A DNA stretch of 64,000 nt from NCBI GenBank assembly GCA_963746875.1, contig CAVVDA010000005.1, forward strand, positions 80,390-144,389, in the 5' to 3' direction. The position numbers were made by a program, and so were the translations under genes. Positions within the stretch are counted from its first letter, which is position 1, and the number at the start of each line of letters is the position of its first letter. Below are positions 61,045 through 64,000 of this stretch, piece after piece. This DNA comes from Thermoanaerobaculia bacterium. Its GTDB lineage: Bacteria; Acidobacteriota; Thermoanaerobaculia; UBA5066. The notes under the pieces are model-generated. The model did no database searches and was not told the origin of the DNA. It saw nothing but the letters and a program-made list of their open reading frames with translations.

Positions 61045-62998
61045 TCAGGGCCTGAGGGTGAGGTGCTTGATGAGAATGCGGGAGAGCAGGTCGGTCGCGC
61101 CCCGCGGGTATTTGCGCGCGAAGCGCAGGAGACGCTGCGCCTCGGCGTCGCCCGGCCTGAGGTCCGTGGCCTCCTTCACGGCGATCGTGGCCTTCGCCAT
61201 GTTTCCCGCCTGCAGGCTCTGCACCGCGGAGTTGTAGTACGCGTTGACGAGGTACTCCTCGACGTCCTGGTTCTTCGCGTCCCCCTTGCGGAGCTCCCAG
61301 AGGAGCTTGATCGCGCTTTCGTAGTCGCCCTCGTTGTACGACTTCGAGGCGTTCCTCAGGGCTTCGACCTGCTCGTGCGCGCGCTGGGCCGCGGCCGCCG
61401 CCTCGGCGTCCTGGGGGCGGGCCTTGACGACGGGATCCAGGTTTTTCAGGGCGTCGATGTACCGGCTCGAGGACATCGCGGTGAAACCGGCGATGCGCAT
61501 CTCGTCGAGCTGCGCGGCGCTCGGAGCGGCCGGTCCGGGCGTCGGCGCCGCCGAGGACTTCATCTTCTCGATCCTCACGAGCGCCTCGTTGTGGCGCGGA
61601 TCCGAGTCGGGCAGCTTCGCGAGGACGGCGATCGCCTCGTCGATCTTTCCGGCATCGAAGAGGACCTGGGCTTTCTGGAACGGGTCGTCGGCCGTCGCGC
61701 GCCCGCCGGGCGCGCCCCCCTTGGGGGAAGGTCCGGCCGCGGCCGCGGGGCCGGCGGAGGGCCTGCCGCGCAGGAGCCAGTACGCGCCCCCGGCGGCGAC
61801 CAGGAGGAGAACGCCCGCGGCCGCGAGGAGGATGCGCACGTCGATCCGGCCCTTGCCTCCCCGCCCGGCCTCCCGCGGTCCGCTCGTCGCCGCGGGCTCG
61901 AGGCCGGCGTCGGTCGCGTCCCCCTCGGAGCGGCGCCCCACGCCCGAGTCCTCCGCGAACGCGGGAGGCGCCGGCGCCTCGATCTCGTGCTTCATGAAAT
62001 CGGAATCGCCCGTCGCTGGCGGAGACGCGCGCGCCGCCTTCCGCCGACGCAAGGGCCGCCTCGATCTGGTTGAGATAGCCGCGGGCCGTGGCGTCGTGCT
62101 CGGAGAGGGCGAGGACGTCGAGGAACTTGTTTCGGGCGCCGGCGAGGTCGCCGCTTTCGTACTGCGTCACGCCCTCGGTGAGAAGGAGGTCGATCTTGCG
62201 CGCCGCTTCCGCCTGCGACTCGCGCGCCGCGTCTATGCGGCGGCTCGCCTCCTCGTTCGAGAGGTCGATGAGGAAGACCCGGGACCAGAGGTCGATCGCC
62301 TCCTGCGCGTTACCGCGCGCGAGCGCCTCGTCTCCCTGCTTGAGAAACTGCGTGATGCGCGGATCGGCCTGGACGCCGGACGTCGCGGCGCGAAGCGGGG
62401 CCTGGCTGGGCGCCGGCTGAGCGAGCGGCGGTGCCGAAGGCGGGGAAGCCAGCGGGGGGGCCGCAGCCGGCGCCGGAATCGATCCCGCGGCACCTTGCCC
62501 GCCCGTAGGCATGCCGAGGCGCAGGTCGTCGAGACCGCCGAACGGGTCGCCCGCGGAAGGCGGCGGGACGAGCTCGGCCTCGGACCGCGGAGCCTCCGGA
62601 AGGGAGGAGCCTAGCCCGCCGACTCCCTCGTCGCCGAACACGAGATCGTCGAGCCCGCCCGCGGACGGGGCCGGGGGCACCGGCGTGGCCGGACCGCGCG
62701 GGAACGCCTCCTTGAGTTCGTCGGGCGAATCCGGAAGCGCCTCGCCCGCGCTTTCGGCGCCGAAGTAGTCGGTGAACCTCTCGACGTTGACCGGGGTGCC
62801 CGGAGCCACGCCGCGCAGCACCTCGAGGAGGCTGCGCGCCGGCGCGAAGCGCGCGTCCATCTTGAGCAGGAAGTCGCAGCCGAGGAGGGCCTCCTCGTTC
62901 TTGCCTTCCTGCGCCAGCACGAGCGTGTGGCGAAACGTCTGGAGGACCTTCTCCCGCGCCTCCGGGGCGAGAGCGGGGCTCCCGGCATAAGAACTCAT
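61045..62998 (-). CDS. Large TPR/helical-repeat protein with an acidic Pro-rich region, one TM helix and a periplasmic TPR domain; frameshift near 62030
   Basis: ATG 62998 (MSSYAGSPALAPEAREKVLQTFRHTLVLAQEGKNEEALLGCDFLL, frame of ORF 60539..63133). Repeated GGLDDLVFG and FGGLDDLRLG. ALARGNAQEAIDLWSRVFLIDLSNEEASRRID. Then ORF 61045..62052 (TM ILLAAAGVLLLVAAGGAYWLL and TPR-like C-terminal half). Confidence 0.6.
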
Positions 62999-63006
62999 CA
63001 GACCGA

Positions 63007-63012
63007 ATGCTA
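63007..63012 (-). promoter_or_regulatory. -10-like TAGCAT (minus strand), 8 nt upstream of ATG 62998 (leaderless candidate)
   Basis: Plus-strand ATGCTA at 63007-63012. There is no SD before the TPR gene start. Confidence 0.3.
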
Positions 63013-63123
63013 GCAAAGAACAGCGCGGCTCGGAGCAGAGTAAGTCTCGCCGAGGCCTTTCGAGCGGTGAAGGCGGGGGGACGCCGGCGCGCCGTCGGAT
63101 ACGATCGCCCGCCCGGAGGCGTG

Positions 63124-64000
63124 ATGGCCGCACTGATCGAATGCATTCCGAACGTGAGCGAGGGGCGCCGGCAGGAGGTCGTGTCGGCTCTGGCGAATGC
63201 GGCCGTGAAGGCCGCCGAGGGGGTCGTCCTTCTCGATCGCACCTCGGACGCGGATCACAACCGGTCCGTCCTCACGTTTCTCGGGGATGGGGACGCCCTC
63301 GTGGCGGCGATGACGGCGCTCGTGGGGGCCGCGCTCTCCGAGATCGACCTCCGGACGCACAGGGGCGCCCATCCGCGCGTCGGGGCCGTGGACGTGATCC
63401 CGTTCGTGCCCCTGCGCGGCGCCACGGCGGCCGACTGCGTGGCCCTCGCGAAGACCCTCGGAAAGGCGCTCGCCGACCGCTACGGCCTGCCCGTCTACCT
63501 CTACGAGGATGCGGCGACGTCGCCGGTTCGCCAGAACCTCGCGAACATCCGCAAGGGAGAGTTCGAGGGCCTCGCGGCGAAGATGGCAGAGCCGGCGTGG
63601 ATCCCGGACTTCGGCCCTCGGGCCCCGCACCCTTCGGGCGGCGCCACCGTCGTGGGCGCCCGCGCCCCGCTCGTCGCGTACAACATCAACCTCGCGACGC
63701 CGGACCTCGCGATCGCCGACCGCATCGCGAAGGCCATCCGCCACCTTTCGGGGGGCTATCGCTTCGTGAAGGCGATGGGCGTGAAGCTCGACGCGCGCGG
63801 CCAGGTGCAGGTTTCGATCAACATGACGAACTTCGAGAAGACTCCGCTCCACCGCGTCTTCGAGACCGTGAGATCCGAGGCCGCTCGCCACGGCGTCGCG
63901 GTCGTGGGCTCGGAGATCGTGGGCCTCGTCCCGCAGGCCGCGCTCCTCGCGGCGGCGGAGCACTACCTGAGGCTCGAGGCCGACCCCGGCCCGCAGGTGC
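63124..64000 (+). CDS. Glutamate formimidoyltransferase (FtcD N-terminal domain family), 3' end outside the window
   Basis: Not in the ORF track because there is no stop in the window. My translation from ATG 63124 is MAALIECIPNVSEGRRQEVVSALANAAVKAAEGVVLLDRTSDADHNRSVLTFLGD...HPRVGAVDVIPFVPL...GARAPLVAYNINL...MGVKLDARGQVQVSINMTNFEKTPLHRVFE, open to 64000. TACGAT at 63100 and GGAGG SD upstream. Confidence 0.8.
   Translation, partial: MAALIECIPNVSEGRRQEVVSALANAAVKAAEGVVLLDRTSDADHNRSVLTFLGDGDALVAAMTALVGAALSEIDLRTHRGAHPRVGAVDVIPFVPLRGATAADCVALAKTLGKALADRYGLPVYLYEDAATSPVRQNLANIRKGEFEGLAAKMAEPAWIPDFGPRAPHPSGGATVVGARAPLVAYNINLATPDLAIADRIAKAIRHLSGGYRFVKAMGVKLDARGQVQVSINMTNFEKTPLHRVFETVRSEAARHGVAVVGSEIVGLVPQAALLAAAEHYLRLEADPGPQV

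Overview
High-GC (about 70% by eye) bacterial chromosomal segment of Gram-negative type: OmpA-family porin, TonB-C domain, LpxL-like acyltransferase and lipobox lipoproteins are present. I could not assign a phylum. It carries about 60 tightly packed genes, mostly housekeeping or metabolic: fabH, gnd, gltA, lepB, queF, gatB, ftsEX, ruvC, yebC, mtaB, accD, folC, a dgt-like gene, glyA, nadE, a B12/siderophore-type ABC importer, aldolase and a GlcD-like oxidase. I recognised no rRNA, tRNA, CRISPR array, transposase, integrase or phage gene. Four points stand out. (1) About half of the genes, essential ones included, are broken into 2-7 ORF-track pieces by +/-1 shifts. One shift sits in an A6 homopolymer in gltA. 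I read this as assembly indel error, so the giant ORFs 6897..10046 and 57157..60330 are chimeras, and CDS coordinates below are spliced from ORF-track pieces. (2) A dispersed composite palindromic repeat family with no transposase occurs at four loci. One copy sits inside the linker of a rhodanese gene, and two loci carry tandem 79-88 bp units. (3) Many genes have a TANNNT -10-like hexamer 6-9 nt before the start codon and no Shine-Dalgarno, which suggests leaderless mRNAs. Three divergent gene pairs share overlapping back-to-back -10 boxes. (4) Several accessory modules deserve a second look. These are a KS / KS-like pair facing a C45 Ntn-hydrolase lipoprotein plus LpxL-like acyltransferase operon; a pseudo-receiver / Ser-Thr kinase / TonB-C protein; a collagen-like 7-blade propeller secreted protein; a 4xGAF protein with a degenerate GGDEF motif; and a lower-GC nucleotidyltransferase/DUF2277 islet. 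I did not find a clear-cut novel defence or mobile system. All family calls come from motif recognition by eye with no database search. Non-ORF coordinates may be off by 1-2 nt.
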